Below, one piece after another: positions 20,714-31,239 of a stretch of DNA of 64,000 bases (the first letter of the stretch is position 1; every line of letters begins with the position of its first letter). The notes under the pieces were generated by a model. That model was not told where the DNA came from. It saw only the letters and a program-made list of their open reading frames with translations, and searched no databases. A program made the translations under genes and the position numbers. The stretch lies in the NCBI GenBank assembly GCA_963703985.1, contig CAVPGH010000002.1:44191-108190 (forward strand), written 5' to 3'. The DNA is from an uncultured Acidobacteriota bacterium. GTDB lineage: Bacteria; Acidobacteriota; Vicinamibacteria; Fen-336.

Positions 20714-21808
20714 GTGCTCGTAAGCTGTTCCTCCTGCGGCGCACTGATCTCCGACCGGGCCACCGTCTGTCCTCTCTGCTCGGCGCCTCTCGTCGCCGCC
20801 TCTGTACCCGCTGACCCGGAGGCCGCGGCGTCCGACCCGGCCCCGGCCAGCCCCGACACGCCGAGGGCCTGGAACGACCGCGGCGGCAAGCTCTTCGACG
20901 CGGGCCAATACGCGGAAGCCCTCGTTTCTTTCGAAGGCGCGATCGCCCGGAGCCCCCTCTACGTGGAAGCCTGGGTCAACAAGGCCAACGCGCTCTTCGA
21001 GTCGGGGCAGCGGGACGAGGGCCTGCAGGCGGCCCTGCGCGCGATCGAGGTGGCCCCGCTGTTCGCCCGCACCTGGTTCAACAAGGGCGCGATGGAGAAC
21101 CGGATGGGTCGCTCGGCGCTGGCCCTCGCCTCCTTCCGCGAGTTCCTGAGCCTGGCCCCGTCGGAGCCGCCCAAGCTCGTGGCCGAGGCGCGCCGGGCCA
21201 CGGGAGAGCTGGAAGCGGCCGGGAAGGGGCCCGCTCCGCGCTCCGCCCATGCCTTCCTGACCCAGGCCAGTCAGCTCATGGCCGAAGGCAAGTTCGCCCA
21301 GGCCGTGGAGGCCCTCGACCGCGCCCTCGCGCTCCTCCCGAACCTGGCCACCGCCCTGCTGCTGAAAGGCGATGCGCTGGCGGAGATGGGACGCGCGCGC
21401 AAGGCCATGGCGTGCTACGACCAGGGCCTGGAAGCGGACGGGAGCGACCCCCGGCTCTGGCACGCGAAAGGCGCGGCCCTGTCCAGGCAGCGCCGACACG
21501 AGAAGGCGCTCGCCTGCTACGACGAAGCCCTGCGCCTCGATCCCGGCAACCTTCCTGCCCGCAGCGGTCGCGCCTGGGCGCTGCTTCAAGGCGGGCGCCC
21601 CCCGGAGGCACTCGCCGCCTTCGAAGAGGTGCTCGCCCAGGAAGGCCGCAACTCCCTCGCCCGTTTCGGCAAGGCCTGCGCCGAGGACCAGCTCGGGCGC
21701 CCCGCCGAGGCTGCGCGGTCGTACAAGAAGTTCCTCGACGGAGCGGAGCCCCCGCTCGCCGCCCAGATCGAGCACGCACGCGCGCGGCTGCGCGCGCTCA
21801 AGGCCTGA
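20714..21808 (+). CDS. TPR-repeat protein with N-terminal zinc ribbon
   Basis: CSSC...CPLC followed by repeated W.NKG..L / YD.AL.LDP TPR motifs. Confidence 0.9.
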   Translation: MLVSCSSCGALISDRATVCPLCSAPLVAASVPADPEAAASDPAPASPDTPRAWNDRGGKLFDAGQYAEALVSFEGAIARSPLYVEAWVNKANALFESGQRDEGLQAALRAIEVAPLFARTWFNKGAMENRMGRSALALASFREFLSLAPSEPPKLVAEARRATGELEAAGKGPAPRSAHAFLTQASQLMAEGKFAQAVEALDRALALLPNLATALLLKGDALAEMGRARKAMACYDQGLEADGSDPRLWHAKGAALSRQRRHEKALACYDEALRLDPGNLPARSGRAWALLQGGRPPEALAAFEEVLAQEGRNSLARFGKACAEDQLGRPAEAARSYKKFLDGAEPPLAAQIEHARARLRALKA

Positions 21809-21898
21809 GAGCCGCAAGCGGGCGCCCCTCCGTTAGGTCCCCCCGACGCGCGCGGAGGCTGCATAATGGGACATGCGGGCCCTCTCGGATGAGGACCA

Positions 21899-24160
21899 GT
21901 GAGCGCGCTGTCCGTCGCCGCGGAGATGGCCTGGAAGGTGGCCGCGGCCGAAGCGGCCCGGGGCCGCCATCCCCAGATCGACAACGCGCTCCTGCTGGTC
22001 GGCCTCTGCAGCCTGGAGAAGCTGCTCGCCGCCCGGGACGAGAGGGCACTGGCCCCGGACGCCGCGGAAGCGGTGCGCCGGGAAGCCGATCGCGTAGAGG
22101 CCGCGCTCGCCCGCGCCGGCCTGGAGGCGACGCCGCTGCGCCGGGTCCTCCGTGATCGCCTGGGGCGCGGGACCCATCGGCACGGGGAGCGGGCGGTCAG
22201 TCGCAGCGGCGCGTGCAAGGAAACGTTCTACCGCGCGGCCCTCCTCGCGAACGGCACCGAGGTCACCTGTCTTCATCTATTGGCCGCCCTCGCCCAGGAC
22301 CCCGATCCCGCGGTCTCCAGGCCCCTGCGCGAGCTGGGAGCCAGCCTGGACACGCTCAAGGAGCAGGCCCTGCTCATCGCCCGGGCGGCCCCGGTTCCGG
22401 CCGCGGAGAAGCGCGCGGAGGGCCCACGCGACGCGGCCGCCGGCCCCACGCCCCACCTCGATCGCCACGGTCGCGACCTGACCGCGCTCGCGGCGAAGGG
22501 AGAGCTGTCGCCCGTGATCGGGCGGCGGAGGGAGCTGCTCCAGCTCCTCCAGACGCTGGCCCGCCCCAGCAAGAACAACCCGGTGCTCGTGGGCGAGCCC
22601 GGAGTAGGCAAGACCGCGATCGTGGAGGCCCTGGCCGCGCGGGCCGCGGAGGGCAAAGACGCGGTGATCGCGGGCCGGCGGATCGTCGAGCTCGCGCCCG
22701 AGACCCTCCTCGCCGGGACCACGGATCCGAGCGCGCTCGAGGAGCGCGTGGGCCAGATGCTGGGCGAGGCGCGCGCGCATCCCGAGATCCTCCTCTTCGT
22801 CGACGATCTGCCCACGATGCTGGGGGCGGGACCGGCGGAGGCGGGCGGCGCCCTTCTCGGGGGCCTCATCAAGCCCGCCCTCGCCCGCGGAGACCTGCGC
22901 TTCATCGGGGCCACGACGCTCGCGGGGTACCGGCGGCACGTGGAATCCGACCCCGCCCTGGAACGGCGCTTCGACAAGATCGACGTGGAGGAGCCGACGC
23001 GCGAGGAAGCGCTGGACATCCTGCGCGGTCTCGTGCCCCGCTGGGAGACGCGCCACCAGGTGGGCATCGACGACGACGCGCTCCTGGCCGCGGTCGATCT
23101 TTCCCTCCGCTTCGACCACGACCACCGGCTGCCCGAGAAGGCCATCGCTCTCGTGGAGAGGGCGGCCGCCCGCACACCCCGCGGCTTCGCGGAACGTGTC
23201 GCGGAGCGTGCGGTGGCCCAGGTGCTCGCGGAGAGAATGAGCCTCCTCGTGGAGCAGGTGACGGACGCCCTCCCCGGGGCCGGACGTCCCCGCGTGCTCG
23301 ACCTCGAAGTCCACCTCCGGGCCCGGATCGTGGGCCAGGAGGACGCGATCGCGCTCGTCTGCCGCCGTCTGCGCCTGGCCCACTCCGGGACGCGCGACGT
23401 GCCGCGGCCGCGGGCCGTGTTCCTGTTCCTGGGCCCCCGCGGGGTGGGCAAGACGGAAACGGCCCGTCTCGTCGCGTCGTATCTCTTCGGGGGACCCGAG
23501 GCGCTGGCCCGCTTCGACATGTCGGAGTACACGGAAGAGCACAGCGTCGTCCGTCTCATCGGCGCCCCTCCCGGCTACGTCGGCCACGAGGAGGAAGGCC
23601 GGCTGGGGGCCCGCCTGCGCACGCGCCCGTACGGGGTCGTCCTCCTGGACGAGGTGGAAAAGGCGCACCCGCGCGTGTTCGACCTGTTCCTCCAGGTCTT
23701 CGACACGGGCCGGCTCACGGACGGCCGCGGCCGGGTCGCGGACGCCCGCCATTCCATCTTCATCCTGAGCTCGAACCTGGGCACGGAGGCTCCCTTCGAG
23801 GAGGTCCGCCGCTTCTTCCGGCCCGAGATGCTGAACCGGATCGACGAGCAGGTGATCTTCCGCGCGCTCGGGCCCGAGGACGCGGCGCGGATCCTGAAGC
23901 CGATCCTGGAAGAGTTCATCGACACGCTGCGGCGCCAGCATGGCGTCGTCCTCACGGTGGAGCCCGCGGCCGAGGCTTTCATCGCCCAGGCCGGCTTCGA
24001 CGCCGACCACGGGGTGCGCGAGGTGAGGCGGGCGTTGGAGCGGCTCGTGCAGGCGCCCCTCAGCAACCTCATCCTGGAAGGCAAGATCAACCGGCATCCC
24101 GCCTGGACGGTCGCCTACGACGAGGGCGGGGTGTACGTGATACCCACCCTCCGCGGCTGA
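21899..24160 (+). CDS. ClpA/B/C-family double AAA+ ATPase, atypical
   Basis: Clp N-domain, KNNPVLVGEPGVGKT, GATT, ALERRF, GPRGVGKT, PPGYVG, LLDEVEKAH, FRPEMLNRID. Confidence 0.92.
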   Translation: MSALSVAAEMAWKVAAAEAARGRHPQIDNALLLVGLCSLEKLLAARDERALAPDAAEAVRREADRVEAALARAGLEATPLRRVLRDRLGRGTHRHGERAVSRSGACKETFYRAALLANGTEVTCLHLLAALAQDPDPAVSRPLRELGASLDTLKEQALLIARAAPVPAAEKRAEGPRDAAAGPTPHLDRHGRDLTALAAKGELSPVIGRRRELLQLLQTLARPSKNNPVLVGEPGVGKTAIVEALAARAAEGKDAVIAGRRIVELAPETLLAGTTDPSALEERVGQMLGEARAHPEILLFVDDLPTMLGAGPAEAGGALLGGLIKPALARGDLRFIGATTLAGYRRHVESDPALERRFDKIDVEEPTREEALDILRGLVPRWETRHQVGIDDDALLAAVDLSLRFDHDHRLPEKAIALVERAAARTPRGFAERVAERAVAQVLAERMSLLVEQVTDALPGAGRPRVLDLEVHLRARIVGQEDAIALVCRRLRLAHSGTRDVPRPRAVFLFLGPRGVGKTETARLVASYLFGGPEALARFDMSEYTEEHSVVRLIGAPPGYVGHEEEGRLGARLRTRPYGVVLLDEVEKAHPRVFDLFLQVFDTGRLTDGRGRVADARHSIFILSSNLGTEAPFEEVRRFFRPEMLNRIDEQVIFRALGPEDAARILKPILEEFIDTLRRQHGVVLTVEPAAEAFIAQAGFDADHGVREVRRALERLVQAPLSNLILEGKINRHPAWTVAYDEGGVYVIPTLRG

Positions 24161-24199
24161 CGTTTGCATCGGGCGGAAGGCCGTGCTGAACTCGCGGCG

Positions 24200-25468
24200 A
24201 TGAGCGACACGCTCGCGCCTCCGCCGCGGCCGGTGGGAAGGTTCCAGCTCCTGGCCCTGGGCGTCAACGGCATCGTGGGGGTGGGGATCTTCTTCGCGCC
24301 CGCGGTGGTGGCGCGCCAGGCCCCGGGGGCGGCGGCGATCCTGGCCTTCGCCGTGACCGGCCTCGCCCTCCTTCCCGTGGCGTTGGCCTTCGGCCTCCTC
24401 GGCCGCGGCTTCGACGTGGACGGGGGCCCCGTCGTCTTCGCGCGCGCCGCTTTCGGCGACTTCGTGTCGTTCCTGGTGGGATGGGTGGCCTACGTCAGCG
24501 CGTTCCTGAGCACGTCGGCGGTGATGGTGGGGCTCGCGGGGGCCTTCCTCGGCCTCCTGGGGATGAGCGAAGGGGTCGCCCCGCGCGTCGCCGTCAACCT
24601 GCTCGTCACCGGCCTCGCCCTGCTCGTGGCTTCCGGCATCCGCATCTCCGCGCACACCTGGACCGGGCTGACCGTCCTCAAGCTCCTGCCCCTGCTCGCG
24701 CTTCTCCTCGCCTTTTTCATCCACGGCCCGGGGACGCTGCCCCGGCCCGAGGCGGCCACGACCTCCTGGCTGCGCGCCGGCCTCACCGTGATGTTCGCCT
24801 ACCAGGGCTTCGAGATCGTCCCCGTGATCGCCGGCCACGTCCGCTCTTCGGCCCGGAGCGTCCCCTTCGCGACCGTGGGCGCGCTGCTCGTGGCCATCGT
24901 GCTGTACGTCGGGCTCGTCTGGGCCTGCGTCTCCGCCCTCCCCGGCCTCGCCTCCTCCCCGGCCCCCCTCGCGGAAGCGGCGGCCGTCCACGGCGGCCCC
25001 GGCTTGTCGCGGATGGTGGCCTGGGGCACCAGCGTCTCCGCGCTCGGCATCTGCGTGGGGATGATGGTCACCACCCCGCGGTACCTGTCGGCGCTGGCCG
25101 CGGGCGAGCGGGAGCTCCTGGGCCTCGACCGCGAGGGGAGGAACGGCGTCCCCCTGCGAGCCCTGCTCGTCACCTGGGCGATCGTGACGGTCATGGTGAA
25201 CCTGGGAGACCTGTCCGAGCTCTTCGCTCTCTCGGCCATGGCCGTGCTCATGCAGTTCGGCGTGACCGCCGCTTCCCTGGTCGTGCTCGCGCGGCGCCGC
25301 GAGCGCGGCCTCCTTCCCCGCCACGCCTGGCTGGCCCTGCCCACGCTCCTTCTCGGCCTGACCCTCGTGACCTTCGGGGCCACGCGCCGCGAAGCGGTGG
25401 TGGCGGCGGTGACGGTGTTGCTGGGTCTCGTCGTCGCCACCCTGACCAAGCCGAGGTCGCGAGCGTGA
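24200..25468 (+). CDS. APC-family amino acid permease
   Basis: NGIVGVGIF, GGPVVFAR.AFG, FAYQGFE, about 12 TM. Confidence 0.9.
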   Translation: MSDTLAPPPRPVGRFQLLALGVNGIVGVGIFFAPAVVARQAPGAAAILAFAVTGLALLPVALAFGLLGRGFDVDGGPVVFARAAFGDFVSFLVGWVAYVSAFLSTSAVMVGLAGAFLGLLGMSEGVAPRVAVNLLVTGLALLVASGIRISAHTWTGLTVLKLLPLLALLLAFFIHGPGTLPRPEAATTSWLRAGLTVMFAYQGFEIVPVIAGHVRSSARSVPFATVGALLVAIVLYVGLVWACVSALPGLASSPAPLAEAAAVHGGPGLSRMVAWGTSVSALGICVGMMVTTPRYLSALAAGERELLGLDREGRNGVPLRALLVTWAIVTVMVNLGDLSELFALSAMAVLMQFGVTAASLVVLARRRERGLLPRHAWLALPTLLLGLTLVTFGATRREAVVAAVTVLLGLVVATLTKPRSRA

Positions 25469-27591
25469 GCTTCCGGCGGCGGGCCCTCAGGCTGCTCGCG
25501 GCGGCGTTCCTCCTCCCCACCGCGCTCGCCATCTGGGGCCTGGGGGGAGCGCCCATCACCTCCGCCCACTTCGTGGGCGCGTTCGCGCTCCTCCTCGGCC
25601 TCCTGGTGGCGGCCATCCTCGCCTGGAACCTCGTCCGCTACGACGACCGCCTGGGCGACGAGCGCGGCCTGCTGCAGGCCATCATCGACGGGACGTCGGA
25701 CGGCATCTTCGTGAAGGACCGCGAGGGCCGATTCCTGCTCGTGAACCAGAGCTTCGCCGCCCTCCACTCGCGGAGCGCCCGGGACATGGTGGGTCTGCAC
25801 GAGACCGAGGTCTTCCACGCCGAGCACGCCCAGCATTTCCTGGAGGAGGACCGGCGGGTGATGGCCTCCGGCGAGGCCTACACGACCGAGTTCACCGGTG
25901 AGTTCTTCGGCCGCCGGATCACGACCTTGACCTCGAAGACCCCCTACCGGGACCGGGAAGGCCACGTGGTCGGCGTCATCGGCATCACGCGCGACATCAG
26001 CGAGCGCAAGCGGGCGGAGGACGACCTGCGCGACGCGCTGGAGGCGCGGGTACGCGAGCGCACGGCCGAGCTGCAGAGCGCCAATGCCATCCTGCAGGCG
26101 GTGATCGAAGGGACGACCGACCTCGTGTTCGTGAAGGATCTCGAGGGCCGCTACCTCCTCGTCAACTCCGCGGTGGCGCGCAACGCGGGCCGGACGTCCG
26201 GGGAGATCCTGGGCCAGGACGACAGCGCCCTCTTCCCCCCCGACAGGGCCCGGGCCTTCCACGCGGACGACCTCGGCGTGGTGAGGACGGGCGAGCCCCA
26301 CACGTTCGAGGAGCACGTCACGGCCGGAGGGTCGGCCCGCACCCTGCTCACCACGAAGACGCCCTACCGGGACGCCACCGGGAAGATCATCGGCATCATC
26401 GGCATCTGCCGCGACATCACGGAGCACAAGCAGAGCGAGGAGGCGGTGCGCCGGACACAGAAGCTGGAGAGCCTGGGCCTGCTCGCGGGAGGGGTCGCCC
26501 ACGACTTCAACAACCTGCTCGTGGCCATCCTCGGTCAGACCTCGCTGGGCCTCTCGCGCCTGCCCGCCGAGAGCCCGGCCCGGGCGAACCTGGAAAAGGC
26601 GGTGCGGGCGGCGGAGCGGGCGGCCGACCTCACCCGCCAGATGCTGGCCTACTCCGGACGCGGCCACTTCCAGGTCACCTCCGTCGACCTGAACGCGCTC
26701 ATCCTGGACAACCTCCACCTCTTCGAGGTCGCGGTCCCCAAGAACGTCCGCCTCCGCTCGGAGCTCGAGCCCTCCCTCCCCTGGATCGACGCCGACGTGG
26801 GCCAGATCCAGCAGGTGGTGATGAACCTGATCACGAACGCGGCGGAGGCCATCGGCGAGCGGCCGGGCACGGTCACGGTCACCACCGGCATCCGCAGCGT
26901 CGTGGGCCGGGACATTCCGCTCTGGCGCCACACCGGCGAGCCCCTGCCTCCGGGCGCCTACGTGTCCCTCGAGGTCCAGGACGACGGCCAGGGGATGAGC
27001 CCGGCCGTCCGTGAGCGCATCTTCGACCCGTTCTTCACCACCAAGTTCACGGGGCGGGGGCTGGGGCTGGCCGCGGTGCTGGGGATCGTGCGCGGCCACA
27101 AGGGCGGGCTCCAGGTGGAGAGCGAGCCGGGGCGCGGCACTCTGTTCCGCCTCGTCTTCCCCCGCAGCCAGCGCACGCCGATCTCGCGGGAGCCGGCGGT
27201 GGCGTCGGCCCTGTCCGCGACGGGAACCGTGCTCGTCATCGACGACGAGGAGTTGGTGCGCGAGGCGGTGGCCGACGCGCTGGACTCGGAGGGGATCCGC
27301 TATCGGCTGGCCGCGGACGGGCAGAGCGGAGTGGCCCTCCTGCGGGAGCACGCCCGCGAGATCGGTCTCGTCCTCCTCGACCTGTCCATGCCCGGGCGGA
27401 GCGGGGAAGAGACTTTCTCCGACCTCCGCGAGGTGGACGAGGGCATCCCGGTGCTGCTCTCCTCGGGCTACTCGGAGGAAGAGGTGCGGCGGCGATTTGC
27501 GCCGAAGGACCTCGCGGGCTTCCTCCAGAAGCCCTACCGTTTCCCCACCCTGGTGGCCGAGGTCAAGCGCTGCCTGCGGCCGCGGGCCTGA
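25465..27591 (+). CDS. Hybrid PAS-PAS histidine kinase / receiver
   Basis: 2 TM, two PAS/PAC repeats (IFVKD.EGR), AHDFNNLL, FDPFFTTK, LVIDDE...LLDLSMP...FLQKP. Confidence 0.95.
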   Translation: MSFRRRALRLLAAAFLLPTALAIWGLGGAPITSAHFVGAFALLLGLLVAAILAWNLVRYDDRLGDERGLLQAIIDGTSDGIFVKDREGRFLLVNQSFAALHSRSARDMVGLHETEVFHAEHAQHFLEEDRRVMASGEAYTTEFTGEFFGRRITTLTSKTPYRDREGHVVGVIGITRDISERKRAEDDLRDALEARVRERTAELQSANAILQAVIEGTTDLVFVKDLEGRYLLVNSAVARNAGRTSGEILGQDDSALFPPDRARAFHADDLGVVRTGEPHTFEEHVTAGGSARTLLTTKTPYRDATGKIIGIIGICRDITEHKQSEEAVRRTQKLESLGLLAGGVAHDFNNLLVAILGQTSLGLSRLPAESPARANLEKAVRAAERAADLTRQMLAYSGRGHFQVTSVDLNALILDNLHLFEVAVPKNVRLRSELEPSLPWIDADVGQIQQVVMNLITNAAEAIGERPGTVTVTTGIRSVVGRDIPLWRHTGEPLPPGAYVSLEVQDDGQGMSPAVRERIFDPFFTTKFTGRGLGLAAVLGIVRGHKGGLQVESEPGRGTLFRLVFPRSQRTPISREPAVASALSATGTVLVIDDEELVREAVADALDSEGIRYRLAADGQSGVALLREHAREIGLVLLDLSMPGRSGEETFSDLREVDEGIPVLLSSGYSEEEVRRRFAPKDLAGFLQKPYRFPTLVAEVKRCLRPRA

Positions 27592-27614
27592 GCCCGGCTG
27601 ATACGATCGGGGGA

Positions 27615-28457
27615 ATGGTCCGCACCCTGGACGTCCGCGACCACCGGCGCGAGCTCCTCGCCAACCGCTACGTCTACGCGGTGGTGTCGCGGCGCGCGCG
27701 GGGCCTCTCCATCGGCATAAACCTGAACCCCGACAAGATCTGCAACTTCGACTGCCCCTACTGCCAGGTCGACCGCACGACCCCGGGGGGGCCGGCGGCG
27801 ATCGAGGTGCCCGTACTAGTGAGCGAGCTGGGCCAGCTGCTCGACCTGCTGAGTGCGGGCGATCTCTGGAGTGTCGCCCCTTTCGACACCGTCGATCCCG
27901 CGCGCCGGCACGTGGCCGACATCGCCTTCGCCGGCGACGGGGAGCCCACGACGCCCCGCGCGTTCCCGGCGGCGGCCCGAGCCGTGCGTACCGAGCGTGA
28001 TCGTCGTGGCCTGGAGTTCCCCCTGCGCCTCATCACCAACGCCACGATGTTCCACCGCGCGGGGGTCCGGAAGGCCCTCGCGGACTTCGACGAGCTGTGG
28101 TGCAAGCTGGATGCGGGGACGGAGGCGTATTTCCAGAAGGTGGACGGGACCCGCCTGCCCTTTGCCCGCATCCTCGACAACCTCCTCCTCGTGGCCCGAG
28201 AGCGAAAGGTCGTGGTGCAGAGCCTGTTCCTGACCTTCGACGGGAAGGGCCCCGACGAGGCCGAGATCGCGGCCTACTGCGGCCGCCTGGGCGATCTCGT
28301 CGCCGCGGACGGCAAGATCGACCGCGTCCAGGTCTACACGGTGTCCCGCAAGCCGGCCGATCCCCGCGTGGGCCCGCTCCCCCTGAGCCGGCTCGACGAG
28401 ATCGCGTCCTTGGTGCGCGCTTTGGGGATACCCGCCGAGGTGTTCGGGGCGGAGTGA
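27615..28457 (+). CDS. Radical SAM protein
   Basis: CNFDCPYC CxxxCxxC motif, SRRARGLSIGINL, FAGDGEPT, KLDAG. Confidence 0.92.
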   Translation: MVRTLDVRDHRRELLANRYVYAVVSRRARGLSIGINLNPDKICNFDCPYCQVDRTTPGGPAAIEVPVLVSELGQLLDLLSAGDLWSVAPFDTVDPARRHVADIAFAGDGEPTTPRAFPAAARAVRTERDRRGLEFPLRLITNATMFHRAGVRKALADFDELWCKLDAGTEAYFQKVDGTRLPFARILDNLLLVARERKVVVQSLFLTFDGKGPDEAEIAAYCGRLGDLVAADGKIDRVQVYTVSRKPADPRVGPLPLSRLDEIASLVRALGIPAEVFGAE

Positions 28458-28528
28458 TCGTCGGGGGTCGATGAACGATCGGTCGTTCTGGACGCGGCGC
28501 CGTCCTCGCTTGTAGACTGAGGCGACAC

Positions 28529-29700
28529 ATGCCCCTGTCCTGCTCCTACAAGGTCCAGTTCGGCCGGCAGTTCTGCGTCACCGACTGCCCGGCCGACGCC
28601 CCCTGCGGCGTCTTCCAGTACGACCGCATCGAGCGGCCGGAGGACGTGCCCGCGGTGGACCCCCTGGCCGTGGACGTGGCCGTGCTCGACATGAACCACG
28701 GCTGGCCCAACCTCGGCCACGACTCGCTCGTGCACGCGGTGCTCGACGCGGGCTGCGACCTCCTGGAGCCGCTGGCGGGCACGGGTCTCCACCTGCGCGC
28801 GCTCTCCTACGACGTCCGGCGGAGCGGGCATGCTCCCCGAGCCTCCGGGCGGCCGCTTCGCGGTCTACATGGGCACGGGCGGGCCCGGCCATCTCGACCC
28901 GCGCCGCAACGACGGGCGCTCCGAGGGAAGCCAGGGCATCCAGGAGGATCCCTCCTGGGAGCAGGCGGTGTTCCGGCTCTTCGACGCGATCCTCGCCGAC
29001 GAGGGGGCGGCCCTCCTCGGCGGTCTGCCACACGCTTCGGCGTGATGTGCCGATGGTCGGGGGCGGCGCGAAGCCAGTGCTGCGCGGCCCCGAGAAGGGG
29101 AAGAGCACCGGGCTCCTCGAGAACGTGCTCACCCCGGAGGCGCGTCAGCATCCCTGGTTCCGTCGGTTCTCCGAGGAGCTCCCCGACGGGCGCCGGCTGC
29201 GCGTGGTGGAGAACCGGCTGTTCGACCTCATGCCTGGGCCGGAAGGCCTGCCTCCCGAGCCGTCCTCCCCATCGGCTACGAGACGCGCGGGACTGGGCGG
29301 GCCCCGGGGCGACGCCGTCACCATGCTCGAGTTCGCGCGCGACCGGGCCGGCCTCATGCCCCGCGTCTTCGCGGTCAACCACCACCCGGAGATCGTGGAT
29401 CGCTTCCGGCAGTTCATGATCCTCAACCAGAAGCGGGACCGCGGCGAGGTCACGAACGAGTGGTATCAGGAGCGGCGCGAAGTCCTGACCCGCAACTACC
29501 CCGACGAGAACAGCGACCAGCGCCTGCACGTGACCTCGGACTACACGCTGCTGGGGCCGCTGCGCTTCCACCTCTGGCGCCAGGTCCGGCTCCGGGCCGA
29601 GGCCCTCGGCCTTCCGGTGGCGGTGCACGAGGACCAGCTCCTGGAGGCGCTCGAGCGCTCCGCGGTGGGTCTGGGCGGCCGCTCGACCGAAGCGTTCTGA
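28529..29700 (+). CDS. Class I glutamine amidotransferase-like protein with Cys-rich N-terminus (frameshifts)
   Basis: GTGGPG oxyanion region, reconstructed AVCHTFG nucleophile elbow near 29020-29042, AVNHHPE His-Glu pair. Confidence 0.7.
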
Positions 29701-31239
29701 TCCCCAAGCCCCCGTTCGCGAAGGACCTCACCCTCGAGCAGGAGATCGCCGAGTTCGAGAAGCTGAAGCCGCGCCTCGCCGAGGTGTGGGACGTCCTGAC
29801 CATGCGCGAGGAGGAGCCCCACACCTCGGTCGTGGTCCCCTCCCTGACCCTCGACCAGAGCGAGCTCAGGAAGCTCCCGGGCGCCAGCTTCTACGAGGAG
29901 CGCCTGCTCTTCCTGCTCATCCGGCTGCGCAACCCCCGCGCGCGCCTGGTCTACGTGACCTCGCAGCCCGTGCACCCGATGATCCTCGAGTACTACTTCC
30001 AGTTCCTGGCCGGCATCCCCGCCAGCCACGCCCGCGCGCGCCTCACGCTGCTCTGCGCGCGACGACGCCTCGCCCGCGCTCGCTCACCGAGAAGATCCTG
30101 GAGCGCCCGCGGCTCATCGAGCGGATCCGGTCCGGGATCGACGACCCCTCGCGCGCCTACCTGACCGTCTTCAACTCGACCCCCCTGGAGCGCAAGCTCG
30201 CGGTGCTGCTCGGCATCCCGCTGAACGGCGTGCGACCCCAACCTCACCCACCTGGGCACCAAGTCCGGGAGCCGCAAGGTCTTCCGGGAAGCGGGGGTCG
30301 ACCTGCCGATGGGCACGGAGGACCTGCGCACCGAGCACGAGGTGGAGGACGCGCTCCTCGACCTGCGCGGCAAGCGCCCCGGCCTGCGCAAGGCCGTGAT
30401 CAAGCTCAACGACAGCTTCTCCGGCGAGGGGAACGCCATCTTCCGCTACCCCGAGGCGCAGAGCCACGGCGCCATTCGCGAGGCCCTCCACCACGTGGAG
30501 TTCTCGGTGCCCACCGAGACGCCCGACGCCTACTTCGACAAGTTCGCGCGCATGGGCGGCATCGTCGAGGAGTTCGTGGAGGGAAAGGAGAAGCACTCGC
30601 CCGAGCTCGCAGCACCGCGAGCAGTCCCCACGGAGAAGTGACCCCGATCTCCACCCACGACCAGATCCTGGGCGGCCCCAGCGGGCAGGTCTTCCTGGGC
30701 TGCAGCTTCCCCGCCCACGACGAGCTACCGCCTCCTGATCCAGGAGGCGGGCCAGACCGATCGGGAAGGTGCTGGCCCGCTACGGGGTGGTCAGCCGCTT
30801 CGCGGTGGACTTCCTCGTGCATCGCGACGATCCCGAGGCGGACTGGAAGGTCGACGGCCCTCGAGATCAACCTGCGGATGGGCGGCACCACCCATCCCTT
30901 CCTCGCCCTCCAGTTCCTCACCGGGGGCGACGCTCGACCCCGAGACCGGCCTCTTCCTCTCCCCCATCGGCCACGCCAAGTACTACCGCGCCACCGACAA
31001 CCTGAAGTCCGATCGCTACCGCGGCCTCCTGCCCGAGGACCTGGTCGAGATCCTCACCGTGAACAAGCTGCACTACAGCCACGGCACGCGAGTCCGGCGT
31101 GCTCTTCCACCTCATCGGCGCCCTCTCCGAGTTCGGCAAGCTGGGCATGACCGCCATCGCCAACAGCCGGGAGGAGGTGGACGACCTCTACGTGCGCACC
31201 CTCGAGGTCCTGGATCGCGAGACGGTCTACGGACGGTAA
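29697..31239 (+). CDS. PGM1-related ATP-grasp peptide ligase (frameshifts; start uncertain)
   Basis: VVVPSLTLD...FYEERLLFLLIRL, VYVTSQP, GTKSGSR, VIKLNDSFSGEGNA, ISTHDQILGG, EINLRMGGTTHP, ATDNL, GKLGMTAI. Confidence 0.8.

Noticed and set aside
21809-21870. GTTAGGT box and CCGCAAGCGG mini-hairpin as an attC site
   Set aside because: No matching RYYYAAC or extended stem; better explained as a promoter region (CATAAT near 21863)
25670-26430. Internal nucleotide repeat in the hybrid kinase
   Set aside because: Ordinary tandem PAS/PAC duplication, not a CRISPR or mobile repeat
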